Below, one piece after another: positions 14,777 to 36,329 of a stretch of DNA of 64,000 nucleotides. Every line of letters begins with the position of its first letter. Positions within the stretch are counted from its first letter, which is position 1. Position numbers and translations under genes: made by a program. The notes below the pieces were generated by a model. It did no database searches, was not told where the DNA came from, and worked only from the letters and a program-made list of their open reading frames with translations. This DNA comes from Blastocystis sp. Blastoise (lineage: Eukaryota; Protista; Bigyra: Opalinata), in the NCBI GenBank assembly GCA_039096225.1, contig JBBPEB010000013.1, forward strand, positions 1,116,001-1,180,000. The letters run 5' to 3'.

Positions 14777-15826
14777 AAAAAAGTTTAATATTATTTATTA
14801 TTATTTATTATTTATTATTATTCATTCTATTGAATAATATTAATATATATATATATTACTATTATGTATAGGTTCTTTATAATGTGCGTTCAGGTCATTT
14901 CCCTTCTTCTCTGCCTATTTCAGACACACTATATATGTATATTAAGCGTTTACTGTCAACAGATGCGAAAATAAGACCAACTGCTAATGAAGTATATTCA
15001 TATATAAAGCATTATTATATTCTATATATGTATTATTGTTATTTTCTATTCTATTATTTTTATATATATATATATCCTTTCTCTTTCTAGATGGTATATT
15101 TCTTCACTGCTCTTCATAATGCTTATTTATATCCGGCTTCTCCCGCAATTCCAGATATGTCTCCCCTCAATCCTCTACCTATAATTACTCCTTCTAATCC
15201 TTATATAAATATCATTTCACCCTCAGTTCTCTCACCACTAAATAATGTTAGTAATAGCAATAATCATGAAAATAATGAGAATTCCTCGGCTAATACGAAT
15301 TCTCCCGTGAATCCCACATCTGCCCCTCAAGAAGACAGTGTAAAAGATGAATTTGGTGAAATTGTACAGAAATATTCTATTAGTATAGAAGAAGATGAAG
15401 ATTCGAATAGGTATATATTATAGATATAATAGAAAGAGAGGAAAATAGTTCAATTAAACAATTTTTTACCATTATTCATTTTATCTATATTTTATATATA
15501 TTATCACTTTTCTTATTTGAATATGTACATATATATATTATTTATTTTATCATTTATATATATAGTAAGCTTCGTGAAATTAGTTCATTGATTTCAAATT
15601 CTTATTTATCTCCATATATACATCAAATTATGTTTAACAGAAGACTTAAGAAAATTGATCTTTATTTATCTGGAACTGAAGTATGCTTTATCAATAATTA
15701 TTTCCTTTTTCTTTCAAAATTTATACATAATTTACTTATTTTTACTTTTTTTTATAGGATAAAATTGCTGATATCATTGAATTCCTCAAGCATATTGATG
15801 GAGTCAAGAATGTCGCTGTTGAATAA
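8819..15826 (+). CDS. PERK-like transmembrane eIF2alpha kinase, multi-exon
   Basis: Signal peptide; IRE1/PERK-like luminal start (LFIVDVNGVLHGLDVETGQEIW); TM helix near 11030-11090; GRGGFGNV, YAVKQ, REVKVLA, long kinase insert, YIQMEYC, HRDIKPEN, LGDFGLS, GTYLYASPEQ; last exon 15758-15826. Confidence 0.9.
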
Positions 15827-16913
15827 AGTCAGAGTCTATTAGTTTTTTATATTCATCCAATATCATCCTCTCTTTAATACATAAATATTATTTTTTTATA
15901 TTATTTTTTTGTTTTCTTATTCTTTTTAGTTTTTAGCCAGTGATTTAATTTTTTTCTTCTTGAAATTCATTACTATGTACATTATTATATTATTTAAAAG
16001 CATATTTTTTTGTTTCTTGTTATCTCAAATGAACCATTTTTAATAATAATAAAGAAAAATAGAACATATGAATCCAAAATTAAAAAAAATGTAAAATCAA
16101 AAAGTAAAAAAGAAAATATGTGTAAAATCATCTTAAAGTTTATAAGAAGTGTTTTAAATTGTGTATTTTTGTATATAATTAATAAATATATATATTTTGT
16201 ATTCAGAAGAGTATTCTAAATGTATTGAAACATGTTATATATATTTATTGTGCAATTCTTATTTTATTAATAAATGATTATCATATTTTATTATATTATA
16301 CCTTTCCTTTTTCAATTATAAACATGATGTAAAGTTATAAAAACAACAACTTAGCTTAAAAGAATATACTCTATCTTATTTTTTTTGACATTTCTTATAT
16401 TATTTTAGCTATCGATAGTTTTAGTTTGTTATTCAAGGCATTGTCAGAACAAATAAACATAACTGATGCAAAAAATAATACTTTAAGAAAAATATATGTT
16501 TTCATACTTTCATATAAAGATACTTATAGTGCATTAAAATAACTTTTATAGTTGTGAATATTATGATCGTATGCTTTTAAATGTATAATAACATGTATTT
16601 GTGATAATTACATCATTTTATTCTTGTTCATACACATTATTCTTATTAAAAACCATATACAATATATTGAATTTTTCAAAACTATATTAAAAATGGACTT
16701 TTGTGAGATAATAAAATGATCACAAATCGACTGTTGAATGAATTGACAAATGTTATGTATTATTTAAAAGAAGTAGCAAGATTTTTTGTGATGACTCTTT
16801 TAATAGTTCAAGATATGACGATGCCTTCAAAAACATAAAAATCCGGCTTCATTCCAAAAAAGATTTCATTTTCTTTACTAATAAAAATCAACATTATTTA
16901 TTTGTAATTGATA

Positions 16914-19626
16914 ATGAAAAAGATTTTGCTATTGCTGTCACTTATATGTATATCATATAAATGAATATTACTCAATATATAGGCATTATACATTCAATTG
17001 AGTGTTCATCAAGTCAAGTTTATTTGAAATATACATTTTTCTGTAATATTTGCACTAATGAGAGCATTGATATAAAAGCTTTCGTGAATAATACTGAAAA
17101 AATTATTATGTCATTGTCATCTGCTAGCCATGACTTCTATAAGAAAGATGAGACATGTGTAGATAAGTCCGATGACCTTCTTTATTCCGTCTCCTATACA
17201 AGAACGTATGATTTTAAATAGTAATTAGTTTTTAATTCTCATAGTGACGATATAAAATCCGATTCTTTTATTGAAATTGATTCTCTGTATAACACAACAT
17301 ATATGAAGAAAAATTATTATCAGTCTAAAACTGCTGTAGATCATTTTATTGGTATGTTCTTATACTTTTATTATGAATTATAAATGTATTAGTTTCTTTA
17401 CCTTTATTTCCTGATCAACAAGCTAAATATAATACTGGATCTGTATCTGATAATTGGTTTTTGACATCTTTTGATGATTCTACATGGCAAACCATTGTTT
17501 CAGGTGATGAAAGATCTGAACTGACTGTTGCTGAATATTATCGTTATACATTTGACTTTACAAATATGCAGAATATAGCGTCATTTACTCTTGGTCTTGA
17601 TTATACAGGTGTTGCTGCTATATATATAAATGAAAATGAATTGTTTTTTGGAGATAAAGAAACGTATATATATTGCTTATTTATATAAATTATTATGTTT
17701 ATATGTATATATTATTATGTTTATATGTATTTGTGTTCATTATTATATGTATATAGGAACTCTACAAATTCTAAAGATTATATACATTATGCCAAGTATA
17801 TATATATATATATACTTATTATTATTCATTCAGTCAATATATGCTATTAGTAATAAAATATATATTTCATATCTGATATATATCTACTATTATAATATAG
17901 ATTTATTGTGTCTTCTTCTATTCTAACTTCTCATAATATTCTTGCTATTCAAATATTCCCGCCAACTGCTAATAATACAGTTGATTCCCGCCATTATTTG
18001 AATTTATTCATCACTCTACATTATGTTAATTATGAAAATAGTATATTCATCATTATTTATTGTTTTATGCATTTATATTATGTTTTATATATATTATTTT
18101 ATTTGTTTTCTTTATTAATTTTGATGTATTTTCTATTGTTTTTCTATTTCTATTTGTATATCAATAATATATATATATATTCATAACATACAGTATAAGA
18201 ATGTCTATATCTATATTTATTTCTATCTATCTATATATACATATCTCTCTCTCTATATATATATATAGATTGTGCTTATACTCTTCCCTTTAGTCATTTC
18301 TTAGATGCTATTTATCGAACATCTCTTCCTTCTGCTATAGATATGAAAGAATATACTACTACTGGATTCTCGATCACCAACCAAAATAATGCAGTCACTT
18401 TTGCTCTTCCTCAGGATACGTATATATATATATATATATACATTAATATTCTATTTAATGAATATATTATTAAACTCTTATATATATATATGTATATACT
18501 CTATATATATAGTTATATTCAGCCTTCTTTATTTTCTTTTCATTTATCTGACAGTTATTCTTATCCTACTACGTTATCGTTAGATCTATATAACACAGTG
18601 AACAGAACACGTGACACGAGCCTTTATGTACAGGATAACCCTGTGTATCATAACAATATCTCCTTTGTAGCCAGTAATATTCATTATTTATATAATCAGT
18701 TTCAAATTACATTCTATAGTATAAATATACTATTCTCATATTACTTATATATTATTCTTGTATATATATTCCATACTATTTTTCACTTCTTTATATATAT
18801 ATATATATATAGAAATACATCTCTCTCTTATATATATATATAGATACTTCTTGGGGTACTGATCTTATTTATTTAAATGAATTATATATATATACATGTT
18901 CAACTCCCCTCCAACCTCTTTCTTATCCACAAACTACCTACATTTTCAATACATTCTTCAACATAACCGCGGTTATTCCATCAATATATGGGTATTCTCA
19001 ATTCTCTATTACTCCTGATCTTCCTGAAGGCATATATATGGAACCAAAAGATGGAAGTATAAGAGGAAGAGTATTTATATATATATTCTATAAGTAATAT
19101 GATATATATATATATATATATATATATTCTATAAGTAATATGATATATATATATCTACCATCTATATTATATTTATGATATATATTAGACATATTATTCT
19201 TATATATATATACTATTCTTCTTCTAGTCTCTTACTGAATTCCCTGCTACTTCATATACAATAACAGCTGCATTACCAGTAGTATCCTCAGTGACGCTTA
19301 CTCTGTCATCCGAATGTATGACGCATTATATGTCATAATAAATGATTTCATTTCTATTTGTTTTTATTATAAAAAATATTTTGCTTTTTTAAATATATAT
19401 ATATATATGTAGATAACTTCATCTCATTTACTATCTATATCTATATATTTATATATCTATATATCTATGTATCTATATATCTATATATCTATATATATAG
19501 TATGTTCTAAGTCGCATCTGAAGATATATCGTCGTTACTCAGAAGATAATAATAGTACTGCTTATATCACTAGTACTACAACACAACAAACTATATATAC
19601 ACTTCCTAGATTCCAAGCCAGAGTCA

Positions 19627-19701
<75 letters not shown>

Positions 19702-22700
19702 GAACAATAGAGTTATTTACACAGTTCGTATACTATATTATATTCTATATATATATATATAGTTTAGATATTATACAGATTTATGTGTTGATCCTGATGT
19801 TTATAATATGACATTAGATGGAAGAGGGTATATATATATATATATATTAGTAGTTATATACTATAATAAATCTTTTCTTCTGAACTATAGGGGCTATGAA
19901 AAAGACACTTGGGATTATTATAGTTATATATATGTATATATCTGTTTATATGAACAAAATCGTAAGGATGACAATTTTGATAATTGTATCGAAATTCTAA
20001 AAGAACGAAAAGAAAGGAACACCACAAATACATTTATATTCACAACGCAATTTCCTCTCAATCACGAACAAAACTGGAAGCATGCACGTGATACACTTCC
20101 GGTTGATTGGTATAAAAAAGAGTTTAACGATGCTGATTGGGCAACTGAAAAAGTTGGTCAAAGTGAATCTACCAATCACATTGACCTTTATAGAACACAA
20201 TTCCAAATTCACGAATCATTCGTTTCTGATGGGTCATTTGAACTTAGTGTGTACTATTTGTACGGTGTTTCAATATATATTAACGGCATAGAATGCTTCA
20301 CATATCGTATTCATGAGTATTTTTTTATTATATACTACAATTCCCGTGGTTATTTCTTTTTTTATTTTTAGTAAAACTGTTACTAGTGTTGCTACTGCTT
20401 ATTATGATCAACCTAAATTTAGAAAGTATATATATATATATATGTATATTGTATATTATAGTATTATAATACACAACCTATATATATATATATATATATT
20501 GTATATTATAGAATCACAATGCCAAATCGTTATTTAACACACGGTGATAACACTATTGCCGTTATGCTCATGGCGAATACGACGGATGCGTCATTCATTA
20601 GACCCTCACGATTTGACTGTGTTCTGCGTATTTTCCCCAATGGTATATTTATACTATTATTATTCTTTCTTTTCTTACTTTATTCTTTTTATTGTTATTT
20701 TTAATATGATAATATATTAATTTTGTATTGATTCTTCAGTAAGCTTTTCATTTTTTATATACTTATATTATTATTTAATATTCTCGGTATAGTTTTAATT
20801 GATATTATTATTGGTCTATATATTTATTTATATATATATATTTATTTATATATGTATTAATATATATATCTCTATATCTATATATTAATATATATGTATC
20901 TCTATCTATGACTATATATTAATCTCTATCAATATATATCTATAGTGGAGACATATGTATTCTTAGAGGGTTCCAGTGTCAGTTATTTGTCGAGTGCGAT
21001 GGATCGTAATTATTATACGTCTGAAGAAATGACACGAACTCAATCTTTAGAATTATATTCAAGTACTAATGAGTATATATATATATCATATTTACAAAGA
21101 ATATAATATAATAATACATATTCATTTTATTATTTTTATTTTATTCTATCAATATTTTAATATTACCTTCTACTCTATAATAAATATATTCATCTATATA
21201 TATAATATATTCTAAATCATGTATACTGTTACATATATATATACTATAGTTTTGTATATATAACTCATTATAATATGCGTATGTGCTATATTGTATCTGA
21301 AGAGAATTGGATAGATACGTGGATACTACAGGGGAGAGTGTATGAACCTGACGGAACACCCGTCATAACTGAAGAGGGATGGGTCACATTACATACAATA
21401 GATCATATTTATTGGGATTATTATAATAATCTTCAAACATTCTTCTTAAATCGGACCGAGACTGGAGATCGTGTTTTCAATCAATATCGAATGATTAATG
21501 TAAAAGCTCCAGATAATAGAACATTAGGTCTTTGTGAATTAGAATTCTTTGTAAGTTCTCATCAGTCACCTTTCCCACTATTTTATTATCCTCCTGAACC
21601 TATTTATATGTATACAAATACATATATTCCCAAGGTAATTCCATTCTTTGCATCATATTATACGAATTATCATTCTATTCCACCTCTTCCTCAAGGATTA
21701 TATCTCAATATAACCACGGGAATCATAACAGGAATACCTCTTGAATCATCTTCTACTTCTCTTTTTACTATAGAGGCGACAGGTATAGATCAAAAGAAAT
21801 ATCGAAATACCGTGGAAATTCATATTACAGAATGTATAAATGATCGAAGTAAAATATTAATTCAATATCAATATATTGCAAAGAATTACTGGGTAGGATA
21901 TACATTAACAGAAGACAAAGCAGCTACAGGAGAAGTACTTGTAAATACTGAAAGAATCTCACCACAATATGGAAGGTATATATATTGATATTAATAAGAA
22001 TAAGAATAATTCTATTCATTATAAACAAACATATTATTAATAATATTTTTAATATTTTCATAATCTATATAATATATATTATTAATGACTATATATATAA
22101 AGACTAGAACATAGATTCGAAGACATTCTTCAAACACGTGACTATCCTCTTTGTGTCAAAAATGATTATTATTTTATGAAGCTTTATGGTCATAATACAT
22201 CATGGCAATTTCCCACGGGATTCTCGGTAACTGATCGATTAGGGTTTCCTATAGCTTCTGGCACTTCTCTTTATGATCCTCAGAAGTCTTTTATTTTCGA
22301 TGTTAAATCCCCTATAGAATCAGGATATACTATATGGTATTATTTGAATACTGATAAATATTTCACAGAATGGCTTGACGCTGATTTCGATTTTAGTCAA
22401 TGGAAACGAACGAAAGGGGGAAATATACATATTGAAGGAAAGAAATATATGTATATACGAACTTATGTATGTATTTATTCATTATTTATATAGTAGGATT
22501 ATATTATTTATGTAGTAGCAATTAATTATTATATATATATAGATGAATATAACAGATATAACAGAGCATTCATTACTTAATTTTAAATGCCAAACTATTC
22601 TTCCTATATCAATTTATATTAATAAAAACTTAGATTATGTCTCTTCTATTCAGTCACTAACAACAAATAATGTCACATTTTCCGTGTTTACTCAACAAAA

Positions 22701-23960
22701 CTTTATTAAGAGCGTTAATAATATTGTTGGTGTTCTATTAGAATTCCCATCTTCTCAGAATGAGTTATATTTCACAATGGATGCTACTTATTCTTATGGT
22801 CAATGTAATCCATTATTTATGGAAGCCATAATTACTAGTTCTGAAACATCTCCTGAATATCCTATTTATAATATGTTTGATAATAGTTTATTAACATATA
22901 CTGTATTCCCTCTAGCAAATAAACATATTATTAATTTAGATTTCTCAACTACTGGAGGATTATTATTTAATTCTATATATATACAACCAGGAGATAAAGA
23001 CTTACCTATATATATACAAGTACTTGCTAAAGAACGTCAGTCTTTTGATTGGATAGAAATAGTTCCTCGAGTATATATATATATATATATATATATAATT
23101 ATTATGGATATCTTATTTTTATTTTCAATTATTTAGTTAGTATACATGATTACTTCATATAGTTATTAATGATATCTATTTATTTTTGTTGTTCTTTATT
23201 CTTCTTTTTCTTATTTATTATTTATATAGACTTATCTCAAAATCATGCCAATGAATCCGATAACACTTTCTGTTCCCATGGGAATTGCTCGATATGATTA
23301 TATACAAATCTTATTTACCGCGGAAGACTCTGAGAAGCCCTCAAAGCCATTCTCTCTTCTTCTTCCTATTTTTTCGTTTACTTATTGTAATTATGAAGGA
23401 CTTTTGTGTTCTGAAGATGACGCATTTCCTCCAATGGGAGAGAATATGTACAGTTATAAAGTGTGCGGCGACGGATATCAAGGATATTTATACAGATTCT
23501 GTGACGGGCTACGTTTAGGAACAATTAAAACGGAACACTGTTCATTACTGTTACCTTATGGATTACGTTATCCTCAACAAGAATACTATTTCAGTACATA
23601 TTCCGAAATTAATGATATTGTTCCTAGTTATCATAATATCATTCAACTCTTCTCTATTACTCCATGTATATATATAAATAGTTTTCTATAAATAAACACA
23701 TTTTTTTTAATTCATATAAACATCTCCTTATTACTTATTATATATAACTTCTATAGCTCTTCCTACAGGTCTTTTCTTCAATACGTCTACTGGTATAATC
23801 ACGGGAATGCCTATTAGTCTTATTCCTAAAACTACGTTTATTATCACGGGAAAGAATGAAAAAGGAGTTACAAATACTACTGTTTCCCTTTGGGTTGTTT
23901 CTGGTGTTTGTACTCAGTACATGGAATTCCCTCAAACTATCATTGGTGAACGTTATTCAG
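16914..23960 (+). CDS. Large type-I surface protein, 5' part (signal peptide, repeated galactose-binding-like and putative Ig modules); interrupted by the transposon
   Basis: MKKILLLLSLIC signal; recurring W..FDDS.W / FNDADW / FDFSQW segments and LPxGLxxNxxTGIITGxP Ig-like motifs; the frame reaches RYS at the TSD. Confidence 0.8.
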
Positions 23961-25223
23961 CAGGGTGTGCCAAAACTGCGCTTTAAGCGCAAAGTGCGCT
24001 TTTCGATGTTGTTTTTGCGCTTAAATCTTTTATTTCATTTTTCTTTTAATTTTTATAAATCTACATAGAATAAAACGTTTAATAATTTTTAGAGGATCGA
24101 GATAAGCTCAATAATGATGTTTTTGACATTTTACACGAGGTTTGTGTTTGTTGATGTAATTTGATTTGTTGTTGAATAAATAATAACCTTACACATATTA
24201 TAATTAGAGAGCAAATTGAATTTTTTAGCATTTTTAGAATGTTAATCATGTAGTTATAATGATTGATTGTCTTTAAGTATTTAACAATTAGGAAAAAAGC
24301 GTGATTATGTGTAGATCTTAATAATATAGTAGTAGTAGAATCATAATAGCAATACATGCTTCAAATTTTTACAAAACTTTGAATTCTTTTAAATTGGCTA
24401 AATACTGATTATTAGTGGTCAAAAAATTTTCAAACTCAGCTCATCAAGACGCATTAATTTACACACTTTTCATGAAAAAAAGACCGGGTGACATAAAAAA
24501 GTAATTCATTAATTGACTATTATACTATGACATGACAGTTTTTAACTTAAAACATATTATTTTGATATATAATGTATAAATGTTTTGAAATAAGTCATCT
24601 AAGAAGATTTTTGTGACACATGTTGTGACAGATACATGACTTAAAAGTTCATAAGTCATCAAATAACAACAAGTATGATTCCTATATTTGACTATTTGTG
24701 TTAATTTGGGTGACAAATAAAAATTATTTTGTGACAAAAGTCAATTGCTTAAGATATTCTTTTGTATATTATTTTAAAGACTTTTATTTATGTTTATAAT
24801 GAAAAATAATGTCAATAAATACTAAAAAATATTATAAAAAATAATAATGTAATTAAAAAGTTTTTATTTTTATAAAATATCATGAAGTAGTCTTGTAGGG
24901 ACTGTACAGATACATCCTGACAAGTAATAAAAATTAAATAAACGAAAAGCATATTAAAATATTATTTTTCAAAAATCAAACAAAAAACAATACAATGAAC
25001 AAAAGCTGGATTTGAAAAAACAATACGTCCAACAAAATGATTTTTAATAGCCTTATAAAATGGTTTTAAAATGTATTTTATATGTAGAATAAGTCACACA
25101 ACACATTTATAATATTTATATTATAAAATATATTGTTTTTATGTTTAAAAATAAAAAAATAAAAAAACGGTTAGTAGTCACTAGCTTTGCAATTATTATA
25201 TGACTTGATGAAAAATATTATAA

Positions 25224-25305
25224 GGGAGTTGTTTGGTCAAATGGTCAGTGCGTATAAAATTTTTACATAGTGGACGGATCGAATCTTACGAGGAACTATT
25301 TTTTT
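25224..25305 (+). ncRNA. Degenerate tRNA-derived / Pol III-like element
   Basis: A-box-like TGGTCAAATGG, B-box-like GGATCGAATC at tRNA-like spacing, followed by oligo-T; stems pair poorly. Confidence 0.4.
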
Positions 25306-25589
25306 AAACTTTTTCTTTTGACTGCTATTTACAATGATTTTATTTAAAATCAACTTTGTTTCATTTTTATTATCTGTAAACATTATTTACATCATTGATA
25401 TCTGCTTTTTAGTTTAGAATCAACATATCAACAAACTTTTTTTTCAAAAAATAGTAATTATTGTTTAAAAACAATTCTAAGTATTTCTAGAATGTTATAA
25501 ATGTAATAAAAGAGCATAAATATAATATTTGAAGATATCAAATAATTTTAAACTTATTATATAGAACACATGAAAAAATAAAATTGAGA

Positions 25590-25668
25590 AATCGGTTGGT
25601 ATAGTTGACCAGCGCTGTAGCTATTATGGTAATTGTCGCTGGATCGAATCTCGCAAGAGGCATTTTTA
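25590..25668 (+). ncRNA. Degenerate tRNA-derived / Pol III-like element (second)
   Basis: TGGTATAGTTGA A-box-like, GCTGGATCGAATC B-box-like, then TTTTT. Confidence 0.4.
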
Positions 25669-26211
25669 TTTTTATTTCTTGGAAAAACATCTTTTTATGA
25701 AACTTGTTCTTTTATATATTTATTTTGATTATCTCTTGATACGATCATTTATTTTGGTTTAATTTAATTAACTTAGTTTATCAAGAGTATTCGCCTTGAG
25801 TATTTATTTTAATTTTTATAATCTGCTTTACTTAATTACTTTCTTTCTTTAGGTATCAAGGCTTTTAGCTTTTAAACAACTCTTTATACTGTGAAATCAG
25901 GATCTATAGCATTCCAGATGGTTCAAATGGATCAACAAATATTTTTTGTATATAATTCGTTTCTTCATTTGTAATATTTATTTGATTTATCTTTATTTTA
26001 TAGTGCAGGATGATCAGTATTTTTCAAGAGTATTTATTGTGCGTTATCTATAAGGTTTATTTAGTATTTATATTAATTATATTATAATTGCTTTTTATCA
26101 TTATTATTTCATTGATTTATTTGTATATTAGTTTATTATAGTGATCGTTATTTTCTTATTTATATTTAAAAGGAATATTATTTCATTTTTGATAACAAAT
26201 TATATATATAG

Positions 26212-32750
<6,539 letters not shown>

Positions 32751-35700
32751 CTGATATATATATATATATATGTATATATTTTTTATTGTTATTTTATTAT
32801 TCTTTCATATATATATATACATATTAAATGAAACTGGGTTGAATATAGGTATCAAGAAGTACCTAAATGTGATTAAAAAGTTGAATAGTTTCTTTTCTTC
32901 TGTCTTTTGTATATTAATGCTTAAAGTAATTATTTCATTGCTTCGTTTAGTTTGAATATGTTTGATGGCTTATATCAAATAAATGATAGCTTTATTTGCT
33001 CATTTATAAAGACATTTTTTTGTATTTAGGTTAACTTTGTCAAAAATATTATGATTTATGGCCATGTATACAAATAAGGTGAAAAGCCTTTCATTCAGTC
33101 TGATGACAAAACTCATGAGTATCATATTTTGTTACAAAAAACTTCCTTATGTGTTTGATAAATTCAGCAGAATTAAGCATGGCTGAAAAAGTGTCACAAA
33201 ATTTGGTGGCAAGTGTCACCAAAGTCAGGAAAGGACTGACTATTTGATTATTTTTAAAACTTCAGTCATTCTTTAAAAATTTCAATGATAATTTCATTCT
33301 TTTGTTAAAGATTCAAATCAGAATAAGATTATTGCCTATAATATTTTTTCAAACTTGCTTTCTATCTGCTTTCTGAACTAATAATGGTTTATCATTAAGA
33401 TTCATATTGGTTTTTGTTGCATTGTGAACTCCTCTTAAATACTAGTCAATATCTACTACATGATGATTTCCCATTGTTTGTTGATTGCTTTGTTACGTAC
33501 TTGCTCGTTATGATCAGTGTTCAATACACATATCTTACAATGTGCTACGTGATGGATACTTATCAGTTACTTATTCTTGGAATGATTACTTGCAATGTAT
33601 AATTTTATGAATATTTACAGTTTGTTGCCTTCCATTTATTATTTACATCTGATTTGGTTACTCACCAAACTTCCTTACTTCTCTTCTTGAATTAGTATAC
33701 TCATTTTTCTTTTTGTAACTTTGCGATTAATGAGATCTTTATTTATGTTGTTTGTATGTTTGATTTTATTCGACTAATGTGCTTTTGATTGCTTGTTCTA
33801 CTTTATAAGTGCTAATTATTTTGTTTTTGTTTTTTATTTTTCTGATACTTCCTTTTTTCATACTGTATTATAATGGTATTTATATATAACGATGACATTT
33901 TCTTATAGATTTACTTATTATGAATTTTCTTATTCTTATTCTAGTATTTAATAAATACTTAAACACTTCATCTCTGCGATTAATACTTACTATGGTTACT
34001 AACATACATAAGTTTCTACTGAAGATAGTAGCAGATTAGTAACAATTGATGTTTATTTCTTTTCATCCTTAAATCCTTTTGTCTATATTACAATATTATC
34101 ATGTACTCTTATTCTATCAAGTTTACTATTATAAGTTTTTGAATGTTTTAGTATCTTATTGTGTAATTCTTTAATATGCTATTATACAGGAAAGTATCTA
34201 TATGATATTTCTTTGTTGTAGTTTTCTGTATAAAATTTTTGAATTTCTTTTTATTCTTTGTATATATTTTCATCTTGGTTAATTATTCTTCAACTTCTCT
34301 TCATGTTATCGTTAGTCTACTATTATATATTGAATTTTTAGTTATAAACCTTATCTTATTTCCTTATCTTATTTCATCTTTTGTTCTTTTAAGGTATTAT
34401 AGCATTACATTAATTGTATTAGTTTTCTGGTTTTTCAGTCTCTTCCTATCTTCTTCGTATGGTATCTTTATATTTATTAGACTCTTCATTTCTTCTGGTG
34501 CTTTTCAATTATTATGTGATCATTCGTAATACTTCACCTGCATGTTCTTTTCCCTTTATTAAAGAGTTTCTAGATGTGCTATTTTTATATTACTTTTATA
34601 TTATCCTTAGTTGATATTCCTTTTTCTCCTATGATAGAATTCTTTATGTTCTTATGTTATTCTAATAGTCGTTTCATATTTCTCTATTAAACATACTATG
34701 AGATTTAATGACGATTTTCTTTTCCTTTAATAATTACAAATTCCTCACTATTATATATTATTATATATCTTAGTTTTATTATTCTAACAGATTTATTTTT
34801 ATATTTGTTTCTATAATTGAAAACATACTCAATTAATTTATTTTCATATTTCATTCAAATATACTCTTCATATACATATTCATATCCTTCATTTATGGTT
34901 TTCTTCGTTTTCTCATGTTCTATATATTATCCCATGGTCTACTTATTTTTGTGCCTATTTTTAATCCTATACTTCCTCATTATCTCTATTTCTTTATCCA
35001 CTTTTCTTTTATTTCTAGTGCTTCTATTGTGTATATTGTGTGCTCATTATTAGACTTATTCATTTTAATACTGCTTCATCATTATCTCTCTTCATATTCT
35101 TTAATGCTCATGTTTATTGTATTTCCTATTTACACAGTTATTATTTCAGAAGCATTTTCCATTTCTTGTCTAAATAATATGGGTTTGAATATTTTTATTA
35201 GTCCTATTTCTTACTATCGTTTTTTATAATTCTTCTCGTTCGTTTCCTTTCTTTTTCTTTCCAACAATTTCTCTCTTGGCACTACTCATCATGGATTTTA
35301 GTAATCAAAGTTAGGATTTGTTCTCATTGTTGTATTACTATTATCTATATACCACAAAAGATATTTTTATTATTTCTCTTCATTCTAAGGTTTTGCTCTT
35401 TTTGTTACTTAAACATATTTATATGGCTACTCTTATTTATTATTATTGTGTACATTCTCTTCTTCTTATTTAATTTTTTATAAAAGCCTAGTATCTACAC
35501 CTTCTATTCCTTCTATTCTTTCTCATTTCTAATTACTCTCATTTTCCAAAAATGATATAATTATATAATAGGATCTATGTCTCCATATTTCTTTCGTACT
35601 GTTATTTAATAAAATACTATCTCTATTTACTTTAAACCATTTCAACTCCCTTTAACTTATTATCTATATACATCTTACATTCATGCTGATATGAATACTA

Positions 35701-35775
35701 TAATACTATTTGTATTTCTTCTATTTTGTTGAATACGGTTGAGGTAGTTCTCGAATTGTTTATTTTCTAAATTTA

Positions 35776-35822
35776 CTAGGGTCACGCCGCAGGTCCGGGG
35801 CCTAACGGCACCGGACCGCGGC
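35776..35822 (-). mobile_element. Helitron-like 3' terminus (GC hairpin plus CTAG|T)
   Basis: Hairpin of about 15 bp at 35786-35822, 6-nt spacer, then CTAG followed by T on the minus strand; 5' end not fixed. Confidence 0.65.
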
Positions 35823-35990
35823 TGCAATGAATAATAACTGTTTGGTTTTTATTTACTTTCTTTCCTTTTTATCTATTATATATTATATATTATATATTAT
35901 ATAATATATATTATTTATTAAATATTATCTATAATATGTTACTTATTATATATTATATATTATATATTATATATATTATTTTAATAACAC

Positions 35991-36060
35991 TTCTTATACT
36001 CTATATGGAGAGTAGCAATCATTTATTGATTGTAATCAGGTTCAATTCCTGATATAAGAA
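35991..36060 (+). ncRNA. tRNA-like cloverleaf element, copy 1
   Basis: TTCTTATA/TATAAGAA closing stem, CTCT/AGAG arm, GCAATC/GATTGT arm, canonical T-arm TCAGG-TTCAATT-CCTGA. Confidence 0.6.
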
Positions 36061-36329
36061 CTAAATAGATTATTTGAATAGTATCTGAAAAACTAAAAAC
36101 AATACTTGAAGAAAATAAGAAATCCTTTTTGAATCATTATATTTGTTATTTATTATTTTAAAAATATATTTTGTATTTATAAATAGTTGAGTTACTGCTT
36201 TAATTATTATGGAGTTTCTAAAGCTAATAAATTTAGAAATGGGTCATAATGTTAAGTATTGAAAAATATTTTTATGTTGTAAAATCATTTTAAATAGATT
36301 ATAATAAAATAGCATAAACTTATTTTAAT

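Noticed and set aside
35991-36060. Canonical ochre-suppressor tRNA or an altered genetic code
   Set aside because: Non-canonical architecture, the loop is not conserved in copy 2, and host genes terminate normally at TAA.
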